DNA from: an uncultured Planctomycetota bacterium
Lineage (GTDB): Bacteria > Planctomycetota > Planctomycetia > Gemmatales > HRBIN36
Direction of reading: 5' to 3'
DNA: 64,000 nucleotides
Assembly (NCBI GenBank): GCA_937944855.1
Contig: CALFAY010000032.1
Coordinates: forward strand, 10,194 to 74,193
Shown: in pieces, positions 1-8,000 of the stretch
Layout of the letters: each line of letters begins with the position of its first letter
Position numbering within the stretch: position 1 is the stretch's first letter
Made by a program: the position numbers and the translations under genes
The notes under the pieces: model-generated
Told to the model about the DNA's origin: nothing
Database searches by the model: none
What the model saw: only the letters and a program-made list of their open reading frames with translations

Positions 1-346
1 CGGCGATCTCCTCATCGCTCAGCCTACTTTTGGGCGGCATCTTCAACTCGCCGGTTTGTTTGATCGCTTCAACAAGCAGGCTCTTTTCCGGCTGACCCGG
101 CACGACGATGAGCTGCGAATCGCTACCTTTGAGGATTGCAGCCCGGGAGTCGAGTCGCAGACTGGCCTTCTGTTGCTTCGGTCCGTGGCACTGGTGGCAC
201 TGTTCAACTAGAACGGGTCGAACGTGCTTCTCGAAATGCTCCAACGCTTCGGGAACAAAGCTCGGCTTGGCGGCAGGGTCCTGTCCCACTGCGGCCACGG
301 ACCAGCCGATGAAGGTGAGCAGGCTCCAAACGAGGCGTGAACCCAT
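1..346 (-). CDS. PSCyt1 (planctomycete cytochrome c) domain protein, N-terminal part; gene continues past the window start (DUF1549/DUF1553-type family)
   Basis: Absent from the ORF track because it is open at the window edge. Manual reverse translation from the ATG (complement of 344-346) gives MGSRLVWSLLTFIGWSVAAVGQDPAAKPSFVPEALEHFEKHVRPVLVEQCHQCHGPKQQKASLRLDSRAAILKGSDSQLIVVPGQPEKSLLVEAIKQTGELKMPPKSRLSDEEIA. This is a signal peptide followed by the CxxCH heme motif and the LRLDSR / MPP signature typical of PSCyt1. Confidence 0.7.
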   Translation of the reverse strand, partial: MGSRLVWSLLTFIGWSVAAVGQDPAAKPSFVPEALEHFEKHVRPVLVEQCHQCHGPKQQKASLRLDSRAAILKGSDSQLIVVPGQPEKSLLVEAIKQTGELKMPPKSRLSDEEIA

Positions 347-563
347 CACATTCTCCGACCAGGCGGGAACTCGTCATTCGGGGCGGACAACGGCGGGATG
401 GCAGCATCGTGGTTCTGCCGACTCCTCCTTGTTTACTATCCGAAGATGGCGACGGTTTCGTCAAGGATTTTCGCTGGACAAGCATTTTCATGAACACGGG
501 CTGTGGGGATCCTCCATATGCTGAGTGCGAGACCAGAACCAGTGCCGAAACGAGAACTGAACC

Positions 564-1559
564 ATGAAGGCGGCAGTTTTTGAACGATTCGGGCAGCCGA
601 GTGAGGTCCTGCGTGTCGCGGAGGTGCCGAACCCGACGCCAGGGCCGGGACAGGTGCTTGTGCGAATGCGCTACAGCCCGATCAACCCCTCCGACCTGTT
701 AACTGTGCAGGGGGCCTACGGACGATTACCGCCTTTGCCAGCCACGCCGGGCTACGAGGGCATGGGGATCGTCGAACGCAGCGGGGGTGGTCTACTCGGC
801 TGGCGCGTGCTGGGCCGCCGGGTCGCAGTTCTGAACGGTGTGGGCGGCAACTGGGCAGAGAAGGTGGTGATCCCGGCTCGGCAGGCAGTGCCAATTCCGG
901 ACGAGATCCCCGACGAACAGGCTGCGGCTTTTTTCGTCAATCCGGCAACCGCGTTGGTCCTGGCGGAAAAGGTGCTCCGAATCCCTCGCGGCGAATGGCT
1001 TCTTCAGACGGCGGCAGGATCGGCTCTGGGCCGCATGATGATCCGTCTGGGCAAACGGCTCGGATTTCGGACGCTTAACGTGGTGCGGAGATCGGAGACG
1101 GCACAGGAGCTTTTCCAGCTTGGGGCAGACGCCGTTGTGGACACGTCGCGGGAAGTGCTGCCACAACGGGTGGGAGAACTGACCAATGGGAAAGGAGTAC
1201 GCTTTGCCATCGACGCCGTGGGCGGACAGACAGCATCCGAAGTGGTCCGATGCCTGGCTCCGGGCGGACGTTTGATCGTGTACGGTACGTTAGCTATGGA
1301 GCCGATGCAGCTGGACCAGCGGCTCTTGATCGCCGGCAGCAAACGCATCGAAGGATTCTGGCTTTCCGACTGGGTCCGAGCACAAGGCCCGTTGACCATG
1401 CTCCGCCTTTTTGGCCGCATTTTCCAATTGATGCGGGAAAAGATCCTGACGACCGAGATTGGTGAAGTCTATGCGCTGGATCAAGTGACCGAGGCCGTTG
1501 GCAAAGCAGCCGAACCGGGACGTAAAGGAAAGGTGTTGTTGACACTTGGTTCTGAATGA
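564..1559 (+). CDS. Medium-chain dehydrogenase/reductase family NAD(P)H:quinone oxidoreductase / enoyl-reductase-like protein
   Basis: 331-aa ORF with ATG at 564. N-terminus MKAAVFERFGQP, GroES-like motifs PINPSDLL and GYEGMGIVE, and Rossmann segment LLQTAAGSALGRMMIRLGK are typical of zeta-crystallin/quinone oxidoreductase MDRs. Confidence 0.85.
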   Translation: MKAAVFERFGQPSEVLRVAEVPNPTPGPGQVLVRMRYSPINPSDLLTVQGAYGRLPPLPATPGYEGMGIVERSGGGLLGWRVLGRRVAVLNGVGGNWAEKVVIPARQAVPIPDEIPDEQAAAFFVNPATALVLAEKVLRIPRGEWLLQTAAGSALGRMMIRLGKRLGFRTLNVVRRSETAQELFQLGADAVVDTSREVLPQRVGELTNGKGVRFAIDAVGGQTASEVVRCLAPGGRLIVYGTLAMEPMQLDQRLLIAGSKRIEGFWLSDWVRAQGPLTMLRLFGRIFQLMREKILTTEIGEVYALDQVTEAVGKAAEPGRKGKVLLTLGSE

Positions 1560-1640
1560 ATGGTTGCCAGCAGAATTGCTCTAAAACGCAAATCCAGAGT
1601 TCAGAGGATGACCTGTGCAAATAAAATGAGAATATGCCCC

Positions 1641-1669
1641 TTGACAGGGTGATCTTTCTCACTGACGAT
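1641..1669 (+). promoter_or_regulatory. Sigma70-like promoter candidate for glycine-rich paralog A (TTGACA-N17-GACGAT)
   Basis: TTGACA at 1641-1646, a 17-nt spacer, then GACGAT at 1664-1669, about 100 nt upstream of the ATG at 1772. The same architecture recurs upstream of paralog B. Confidence 0.4.
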
Positions 1670-1771
1670 AGCGTGTCGTTTTCCTGACACTCTGGCGATG
1701 TCATGCCCTCGGGTCGGCCTGACGCGCGGAATCAGGCTGGCCCGAGGGTTATTTGTGTGGAGTGTGCGCAG

Positions 1772-2440
1772 ATGAGACGGAGGCGGATCGGCTGGGCAGT
1801 TTGTGTAGCGGTGATAGTGAGCTGGTCGGCGGGATCCTCGGCCACAGCTTTGGCTCAGCCGGTGCGGAATCCGCCGCCGTTCCGCCCAGGACCTCCCCCG
1901 ACGCCTCCGCTGCCTCCGGGCTTTCCGTCGCGGCCGCCGGACTTCCCGCGGAACCGGATTTCGGCGTTTCAAGGTCCGCCGATCAATCAAAACGGTCAGG
2001 CCCAAGGTTTTGCCGCGGCAGGCCAGGGCGGCTTCGGCGTCGGCGGTCAGGGCGGCTTCGGAGGCTTCGGCGGACTGGGAGGCGGTGGTTTCGGCGGATT
2101 GGGCGGGGGTGGATTCGGCGGTTTCGGAGGTGGACTGGGAGGGTTCGGAGGGGGCTTCGGAGGATTGGGAGGCGGCGGATTCGGTGGGTTCGGCGGTGGT
2201 TTCGGAGGCGGAAAACAATTTGGCTTCGACGGCGGCTTGTTCGACCACGCCTTCCGCCACGGCGTCGGTTTGATCGGTTCCTCCCAGAGCCACGAAGAAA
2301 CTTCAGGACGCCGCGATACGGCCTCCTATCCAGTTTCTTCGCAAACTTCGCTTCCCAAGGCTCCTCCGGCACCGGCCGCCGATTCGACTGCAAGCTCCTT
2401 TCAACCTCAAAAGCTGTGGGTCTTGCCGATCAGTCCTTGA
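1772..2440 (+). CDS. Secreted glycine/phenylalanine-rich (GGFG-repeat) protein with a conserved proline-rich motif, paralog A
   Basis: Start moved to internal ATG 1772 (MRRRRIGWAVCVAVIVSWSAGSSATALAQP is signal-peptide-like). Then PPFRPGPPPTPPLPPGFPSRPPDFPRNRISAFQGPP, a long GGFGG/GGLGG block, FGFDGGLFDHAFRHGVGL, an S/T/P-rich tail and the C-terminus KLWVLPISP. The architecture is shared with the next gene. Confidence 0.75.
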   Translation: MRRRRIGWAVCVAVIVSWSAGSSATALAQPVRNPPPFRPGPPPTPPLPPGFPSRPPDFPRNRISAFQGPPINQNGQAQGFAAAGQGGFGVGGQGGFGGFGGLGGGGFGGLGGGGFGGFGGGLGGFGGGFGGLGGGGFGGFGGGFGGGKQFGFDGGLFDHAFRHGVGLIGSSQSHEETSGRRDTASYPVSSQTSLPKAPPAPAADSTASSFQPQKLWVLPISP

Positions 2441-2535
2441 TCAGGGGTGGAATCTCGCGTAACTATCCCCGAAATCGAGACAAGATTTACTGGAGGCTCC
2501 TGCTGCTCCGACGAGGCAAATCGGTCCGGGATTAC

Positions 2536-2564
2536 TTGACAGGCCAATTCCTGTCGTTGATGAT
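2536..2564 (+). promoter_or_regulatory. Sigma70-like promoter candidate for glycine-rich paralog B (TTGACA-N17-GATGAT)
   Basis: TTGACA at 2536-2541, a 17-nt spacer, then GATGAT at 2559-2564, about 135 nt upstream of the ATG at 2700. It mirrors the element at 1641-1669. Confidence 0.4.
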
Positions 2565-2699
2565 GGAATGTCGGCGAGGCTACATCCTGTGTGAGGTCAT
2601 GCCGACTTGGTAGCACCGCCGATCAGAATTGAGGCCGACGTCGCGGGGCTGACGCTGGCCAAGACGGTCCGGAACACGTCGAGTCTGAAGGGAGCAGCT

Positions 2700-3410
2700 A
2701 TGTCGAAGCCGAACCACCGCTACTTAGTCAGCAGCTTGATTGCCTTTGCCGGACTGATTCTGCTTGTAGCCGAGGCTTTCGCCCAAGGAGGCGGACAACA
2801 AGCCGGCGGATTCGGCGGCAACCGCGGGGTGATTCCGACACCCCCAGCCTTCCGTCCCGGTTTGCCGCCCACGCCCCCGCCGCCTCCAGGATTTCCGTCT
2901 CGGCCAGCAGACTTTCCGCGGAACCGAATCTCGGCGTTCCAAGGGCCGCCGCTCAATCAGGCCGGGCAAATGCAAGGCGGTTTTGCCGCGGCAGGTCAAG
3001 GCGGCTTCGGTGTCGCCGGTCAAGGTGGCTTCGGTGGCCTGGGAGGCGGGGGCTTTGGCGGCGGCTTGGGAGGCGGAGGGCTTGGCGGCTTCGGGGGCTT
3101 TGGCGGCGGCTTGGGTGGCGGTTTTCCCGGTGGCGGTGCTCTCGGCGGCGGATTCTTCGGTGGGTTCGGCGGGTTCGGCGGATTCGGTGGGAAGGCGTTC
3201 GGTTTTGATGGCGGCGTCTTCGATCACAGTTTCCGTTACGGCGTCGGACTCGTCGGGTTCGCGTCCCTACTGGAAGCCGGTAATACCTCGATCCCGACCC
3301 TGCCCGCGGCAGAGCTGAAGATGAAAGAAGACCTTACAGACACCGAAGCAACGCCCGTCAAGGGCACGCCCCTCAGCACAAAGATCTGGGCCTTGCCGGT
3401 CACGGAATAG
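2700..3410 (+). CDS. Secreted glycine/phenylalanine-rich (GGFG-repeat) protein with a conserved proline-rich motif, paralog B
   Basis: Start moved to ATG 2700, preceded by GGGAG (MSKPNHRYLVSSLIAFAGLILLVAEAFAQ is signal-peptide-like). Then PAFRPGLPPTPPPPPGFPSRPADFPRNRISAFQGPP, a GGFGG/GGLGG block, FGFDGGVFDHSFRYGVGL, an acidic/T-rich tail and the C-terminus KIWALPVTE. Confidence 0.75.
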   Translation: MSKPNHRYLVSSLIAFAGLILLVAEAFAQGGGQQAGGFGGNRGVIPTPPAFRPGLPPTPPPPPGFPSRPADFPRNRISAFQGPPLNQAGQMQGGFAAAGQGGFGVAGQGGFGGLGGGGFGGGLGGGGLGGFGGFGGGLGGGFPGGGALGGGFFGGFGGFGGFGGKAFGFDGGVFDHSFRYGVGLVGFASLLEAGNTSIPTLPAAELKMKEDLTDTEATPVKGTPLSTKIWALPVTE

Positions 3411-3437
3411 GCCCCGGATCATTCTCGTTCCACCCCA

Positions 3438-3472
3438 AGGCCCGACGGAATTCCGATCGGGCCTTGTTGTTT
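3438..3472 (+). terminator. Rho-independent terminator after glycine-rich paralog B
   Basis: AGGCCCGA (3438-3445) pairs with TCGGGCCT (3457-3464). An inner CGG/CCG extension surrounds an AATT loop, and TGTTGTTT follows. Confidence 0.55.
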
Positions 3473-3502
3473 GACATCTCCCCGGTGGGTAGATCGTCTG
3501 CT

Positions 3503-4480
3503 TCAATCGCGTTCATCGCCGAACCGCGACCGGGCCAAGGCCAAAGCTCCATGCACCACGACCTCTTCCCCGAGATCGGCAGGGCGGATCGTGAAGAGGT
3601 CAGCGAAGGGCCGGAAAACCTGCTTGGAAACTGCGGTCCGGAGGGGGCCAAAAAACAAATCCTCACCCAGCAGCGAAACTCCCCCGCCAATGACGATGCA
3701 CTGTGGAGCCAACAAAGCGATCACTTGACAGATCCCCCAAGCGAGGTAACCGACGGCTTCTTCCAACACTTCGCAGGCCAAAGCGTCGCCTTTACGGGCT
3801 GCTTCTCCAATGGCCTGTACCGTGAGCCGATCAAGCGACAACTCGCGCAGCAGACTGGACCGCTCCGGTTCATCTCGCAGCCGAGCCGCAGCCGATCGTT
3901 GGATCGCCCAACCGGAGGCATAATCCTCCAAGGGTCCGAATTCGGTCCATCGGCCCGTTTGCGGACACACATGCCGGCCACGCATCCGCAGATGCCCGAT
4001 CTCAGCTGCTCCGCGTCCGGTTCCCCGGTAGATTTGTCCGTCCAGCACCAATCCCCCTCCGATGCCGGATCCGACGGTAACATAAAAGATGGGGTTGCAT
4101 CCCCGCCCGGCACCGAAGCGAGCTTCGGCCAAGGCGGCAACGTCGCAGTCATTGCCCAGTACGCAGGCGAGGCCAAGGCGGGATTCGCTCCAGGACGCCA
4201 ACGGAAAGCCGTCCCAGCCGGCGACCTGATGCGACTTGACCACACACCGATTCGCGTCGTCCACGGGTCCGCCGAAGCCATATGCCATGCCGCGAACGTC
4301 TTGCATAGTGACCCCGGCTTGTTGTAGCAGCTCGGGCACGGCTTCTTCGATCTGACGACGGATGCCCTCGGCCCCGGCGGCGACATCGACGGGGCGTCGT
4401 ATAAACCCCCGTAATGTGCCGTCTCCCGGTCCGACACCCAGCTGCAATTTCGTTCCGCCGATTTCGATGCCAAGGAACAT
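3503..4480 (-). CDS. ROK-family sugar kinase (glucokinase-like)
   Basis: 325-aa ORF. N-terminal MFLGIEIGGTKLQLGV ATP-binding motif, GFGGPVD, VLGNDCDVAALAEARFGAG and VGSGIGGGLVLDGQIYRG are typical of ROK/glucokinase proteins. Confidence 0.8.
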   Translation of the reverse strand: MFLGIEIGGTKLQLGVGPGDGTLRGFIRRPVDVAAGAEGIRRQIEEAVPELLQQAGVTMQDVRGMAYGFGGPVDDANRCVVKSHQVAGWDGFPLASWSESRLGLACVLGNDCDVAALAEARFGAGRGCNPIFYVTVGSGIGGGLVLDGQIYRGTGRGAAEIGHLRMRGRHVCPQTGRWTEFGPLEDYASGWAIQRSAAARLRDEPERSSLLRELSLDRLTVQAIGEAARKGDALACEVLEEAVGYLAWGICQVIALLAPQCIVIGGGVSLLGEDLFFGPLRTAVSKQVFRPFADLFTIRPADLGEEVVVHGALALARSRFGDERD

Positions 4481-4592
4481 AAATCACGATCGCAACCGGC
4501 CAGCGCTACTCCCAGGCCAAAGCTCGCCGGTGATCGTAGGAGTTGCAAATGGTGACGGAAAGAACACAACTTCAAGCACTCAGAGGTTCGCC

Positions 4593-4979
4593 ATGACCGC
4601 CTTGCTCCTGATCGCTCACGGCAGCCGACGTGTCGAGGCCAACGCCGATCTCGACTTCATCGCTGACGCCCTGCGACAGCGCGGCGAATATCCCATCGTC
4701 CAAACATGCTACCTGGAGTTGGCCGAACCCGACATCGCGTCCGGCGTTGCCTGCTGCCTTGCCCAGGGAGCCAAGCGGATTGTCATGCTTCCTTACTTCC
4801 TGTCCGCTGGGGTCCATGTCCGAGACGACTTGCAGCAAATTCGGAAGGAATTGCAGGAACGCCACAGCATTCCGATCGTGCTCGCCGAGCCGCTGGGTCG
4901 TCATCCCCTGCTCGCGGAGATCGCCCTGCAACGGGCACGAGAAGCCGAATCCGTCCCGCTGGACAGCTACGGATCATGA
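4593..4979 (+). CDS. cbiX: Small CbiX-type class II chelatase (sirohydrochlorin cobalto-/ferrochelatase)
   Basis: From ATG 4593: MTALLLIAHGSRRVEANADLDFIADAL...RIVMLPYFLSAGVHVRDDL...PLGRHPLL. The part of track ORF 4362.. upstream of 4593 overlaps the ROK gene start and looks non-coding. Confidence 0.7.
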   Translation: MTALLLIAHGSRRVEANADLDFIADALRQRGEYPIVQTCYLELAEPDIASGVACCLAQGAKRIVMLPYFLSAGVHVRDDLQQIRKELQERHSIPIVLAEPLGRHPLLAEIALQRAREAESVPLDSYGS

Positions 4980-5006
4980 CGCACCCGCGTCAACCGCTTT
5001 CCGGGA

Positions 5007-8000
5007 TCAGGCAACAGCCCGGGGAACAAACGCCTCTTCCTCGCCGAGACCGAGCCGAACGCGGTCCCGGAGGCGTCGCCGGGCTTCGGCATTCTCGGGA
5101 ACCTGCTTCCGTAATTTCCGGAGTATCTCCAAGACCTCTTCCGCCGAGACCGCGGACTCAGGAGCGACCAGGTTGCGGACGATGCTTTGCATGGCTGCCA
5201 GGACCGAAGTCGAGCCTTCTTCAGACCGACCGAGCGTGAGCCAGCGGGCAGCTGCTTTGCCAAGCGCTTTCCAGTCGTCCGGCTCCTGGTGGCGAACGTT
5301 TGTCTCCGGCGAAAGCCACGGCGGTTCGCCAAATCCACAGATGCGCAAGTCGCCTTCTTCCGTGAGCAGGAAGCGGTTCAGGGTCAAGCGCCCGTGGTGC
5401 AGTCCAGCGGCGTGGGCAGCCTTGATTGCGTCCACGGACTGGATCATCAGATCGATCCAAACGTCGGAAGGAGCGGCGAGGTCTGCCCAATCCGTGGAAG
5501 GCAGACCAATGACCCATTCCTGCAAGGCGGCGGGGCAATCTCCGACTTCAAGAACCTCCCACGTGGCCGCCAAGTGCGGATGCCGAACCTGTGCCGCCTT
5601 CTCAAAACCTTGACGGAACTCCTCCCGACGCGATTCCTCAACTTGAGGAGACAGGCAGCGTAAGACGGCCTCCTGACCGCGACGCGGATCGAAGACCCGA
5701 TATACGCTCTCCAGCGGCGTGAGCCAAAGACGGTCCACCACGCGGAGCGGACCAAGCACGAGAGATTCGAGTTGTCCCCCTTCGATCAACTCCATCTGGT
5801 AGGCCGTCAGGTATTCGCCTTCCAAGAGCACTTGCCGCAGCGAACGGTGCCGATGTCGGGCCTCGCGGAGCAGCACCTCCAAGGTGGCCGTGTCGATCAA
5901 AGCCATGTTCAAAAGAAGGTCGGAGAGGCGGCGGTCGTCTTCGCTTGCTTCAACGGAGGTTTCCGCTGCACGGCTGGCGTCGTGGATTGCCAGGACAGGT
6001 TCGGTCCGACGGCCAGACTCATCGCTCGATGCGACGTTGCTCGTTGGCTTTTCTTCCTCTCGTTGCGCGTCTGCCTCGAGGTTGCGATGCACGACCGGAT
6101 CCAACAAGCGATGCTCGGCCAGTTCCCGCAGCTTGGACCGATACCAGCGCTGCATGTCCGCTAGATGGTGATTGATCTCGGCCCGTTGACGGGCTACGCG
6201 GCGCTCCTGATGCTCCAGTTTCTCCGCGCGTCGCGCCAATTGCGACGAAACCGCGTCAATGTGCCTAGCCTGTTGCTCCAAATCCGCCTGTTTGCGTTCC
6301 AAAGCCGATTCGTCCCGGGCCAGACGCGATTTCAGTTCGTTCAACTGTTCCTGCCACTCCAGCAAGGACTGGCGGAACTGTCCGACGGCGGCTCGGTGCT
6401 CTTCCTGCATGCGAACCAAGGCGGCACGTTCCTGTCGCACCTGGTCGGCTTGCTCAGCCACGAGCCGCTGGCCGTTCTCCAACTCCGTCAAAGCCTGCTC
6501 GGTGTAACGATAGAACTCGGACAGATGCCCGCGCAGTTGTTCTCTCGCCCGACTCAGCCGGCCGAGAGTGGCCTGGGCTTCATCGATCAGATTGGGCAGG
6601 GTCTGTCGCAGCAATTCCATCTCCTGACGTTGGCGAGCCAGTTCTTCGATCTGCCGTCGGCGGTCCTCGTCCCAGCGGGCCTTGTCGCTTTCCAACGCGG
6701 CGCGGATACGCTCAATCTCAGCCGCATCGTGACGGGTCGCGGCGGAAGCCGTGGTCAATTCGGCTTCCCGGGCCGCGAGTGCAGCGGCACGCTGATCAAG
6801 CTCATGCTGCCGACGCTGTTGTTCTTCTGCCCAGAGATTTCGCTCTTGCTCCACCTCGGCCAGCCGGCGCGACAATTCGGCTTCAACCTGACCGATAGAC
6901 TGCTCCCGGGCTTCCAGGCGCGATTCGCGCTCGGCCAGGGACTCCGCTCGTTTGCGAAGCTGGTCCTGGAGGGCCTGGCGGGCCTGATCGGCCTGCTCTG
7001 CGGCTGCTTCCCGCTCCAACAACTCCCGCTTCGCCTTTTTTAGTTTGATCCGCAGAGCGTGCAGTTGCAGCAACCGCTTCCGCAACTGCTCGCTTTTCTG
7101 GTCCACCTCCCGTTGGTGGAGTTCCAATTGCTCTTGCAACTGAGCGCGCGCCTGCTGCTCCGTTTCAAAGGTCGCCTGCAACTGGCGCAGGCGGTCCAGT
7201 GCTTCTTCGAGGGTCCGACAGCGGGATTCGATCTGTTCACGTTCGGCTTGCCAGGCGGCCCTTTCGGCTCGCAGGGCGGATTCCTGTTCCGCTTGAAGAC
7301 GCAAGGCTTCCTTCAGACGGCTTTCCATGTCGTCGAGGCGCAACCGTTGCCGAACCAACTGCTCTTCGCGAGCCACCAGTTCCGATTGCAAACGTTCGGC
7401 TCGACTGCGCAGACCGATGAGAACGACTTGCTCAGCGTCGAGCAGGCCGGCCTTGGCGGAAAGCTCCTGCATCGCCCGATCCAGCTCGGCTCGTTGGCGA
7501 GCCAACTCATCGGCTTCCGCTCGAACCCGCTTCTCCCAGTCCTCCACCTGGGAGGCCTGCACTTCGAGTTCGGTGGCCTCCCGGCGGAGCACTTCAGCCC
7601 GTTCGTCCAACTGGCGCGCGCGAACTTCGAGCCGCTCCTGCTCCTCGGCCAACCGAGCTTGCCGTCGTTCGAGATGTACCAGATCGCGGCGGTGCGTTTC
7701 CTGCTCCTGGCGAAGTTGGTCCTGTTCGGAGCGCAACGCCGACTCCGCCGCTTCAAGGCGTTTCTGCCGCTGGTCCAGTTCCTGCTCCGTTTCCCGATGC
7801 CGCTGTTCAAGCAATGCGGCCTGGCGTCGCAGCGTCTGTTTTTCCTCTTCGAGACGGCTTTGCACTTCCTGGAGATGCTGCCGTTGTTCTCGAAGGCCCT
7901 CCATCTCCGCCGCCAACGACTTGCGGTCTGCTTCGAGCTTGCGTTTTTCTTCCTGGACCTTCAGGGCGGCGTGAGCCACCGCTTGTCGCAGAGCAGCAAC

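Noticed and set aside
1601-3318. Alternative-frame and antisense ORFs over the glycine-rich genes. Examples: 1753-2613 (Arg-rich RRxRR frame), 1601-2293, 1983-2393, 2724-3227, 2983-3318.
   Set aside because: They are by-products of the GGN-rich repeat DNA being open in all frames. Only the frames called have a signal peptide, conserved non-repeat blocks shared by both paralogs, and sensible starts.
2420-3410. C-terminal LPISP / LPVTE of the glycine-rich proteins as sortase LPXTG sorting signals.
   Set aside because: The proteins end 1-2 residues after the motif. There is no Gly at position 5 and no hydrophobic segment or positively charged tail, so this is not a sortase cell-wall sorting signal. 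The motif is retained only as a conserved C-terminal feature.
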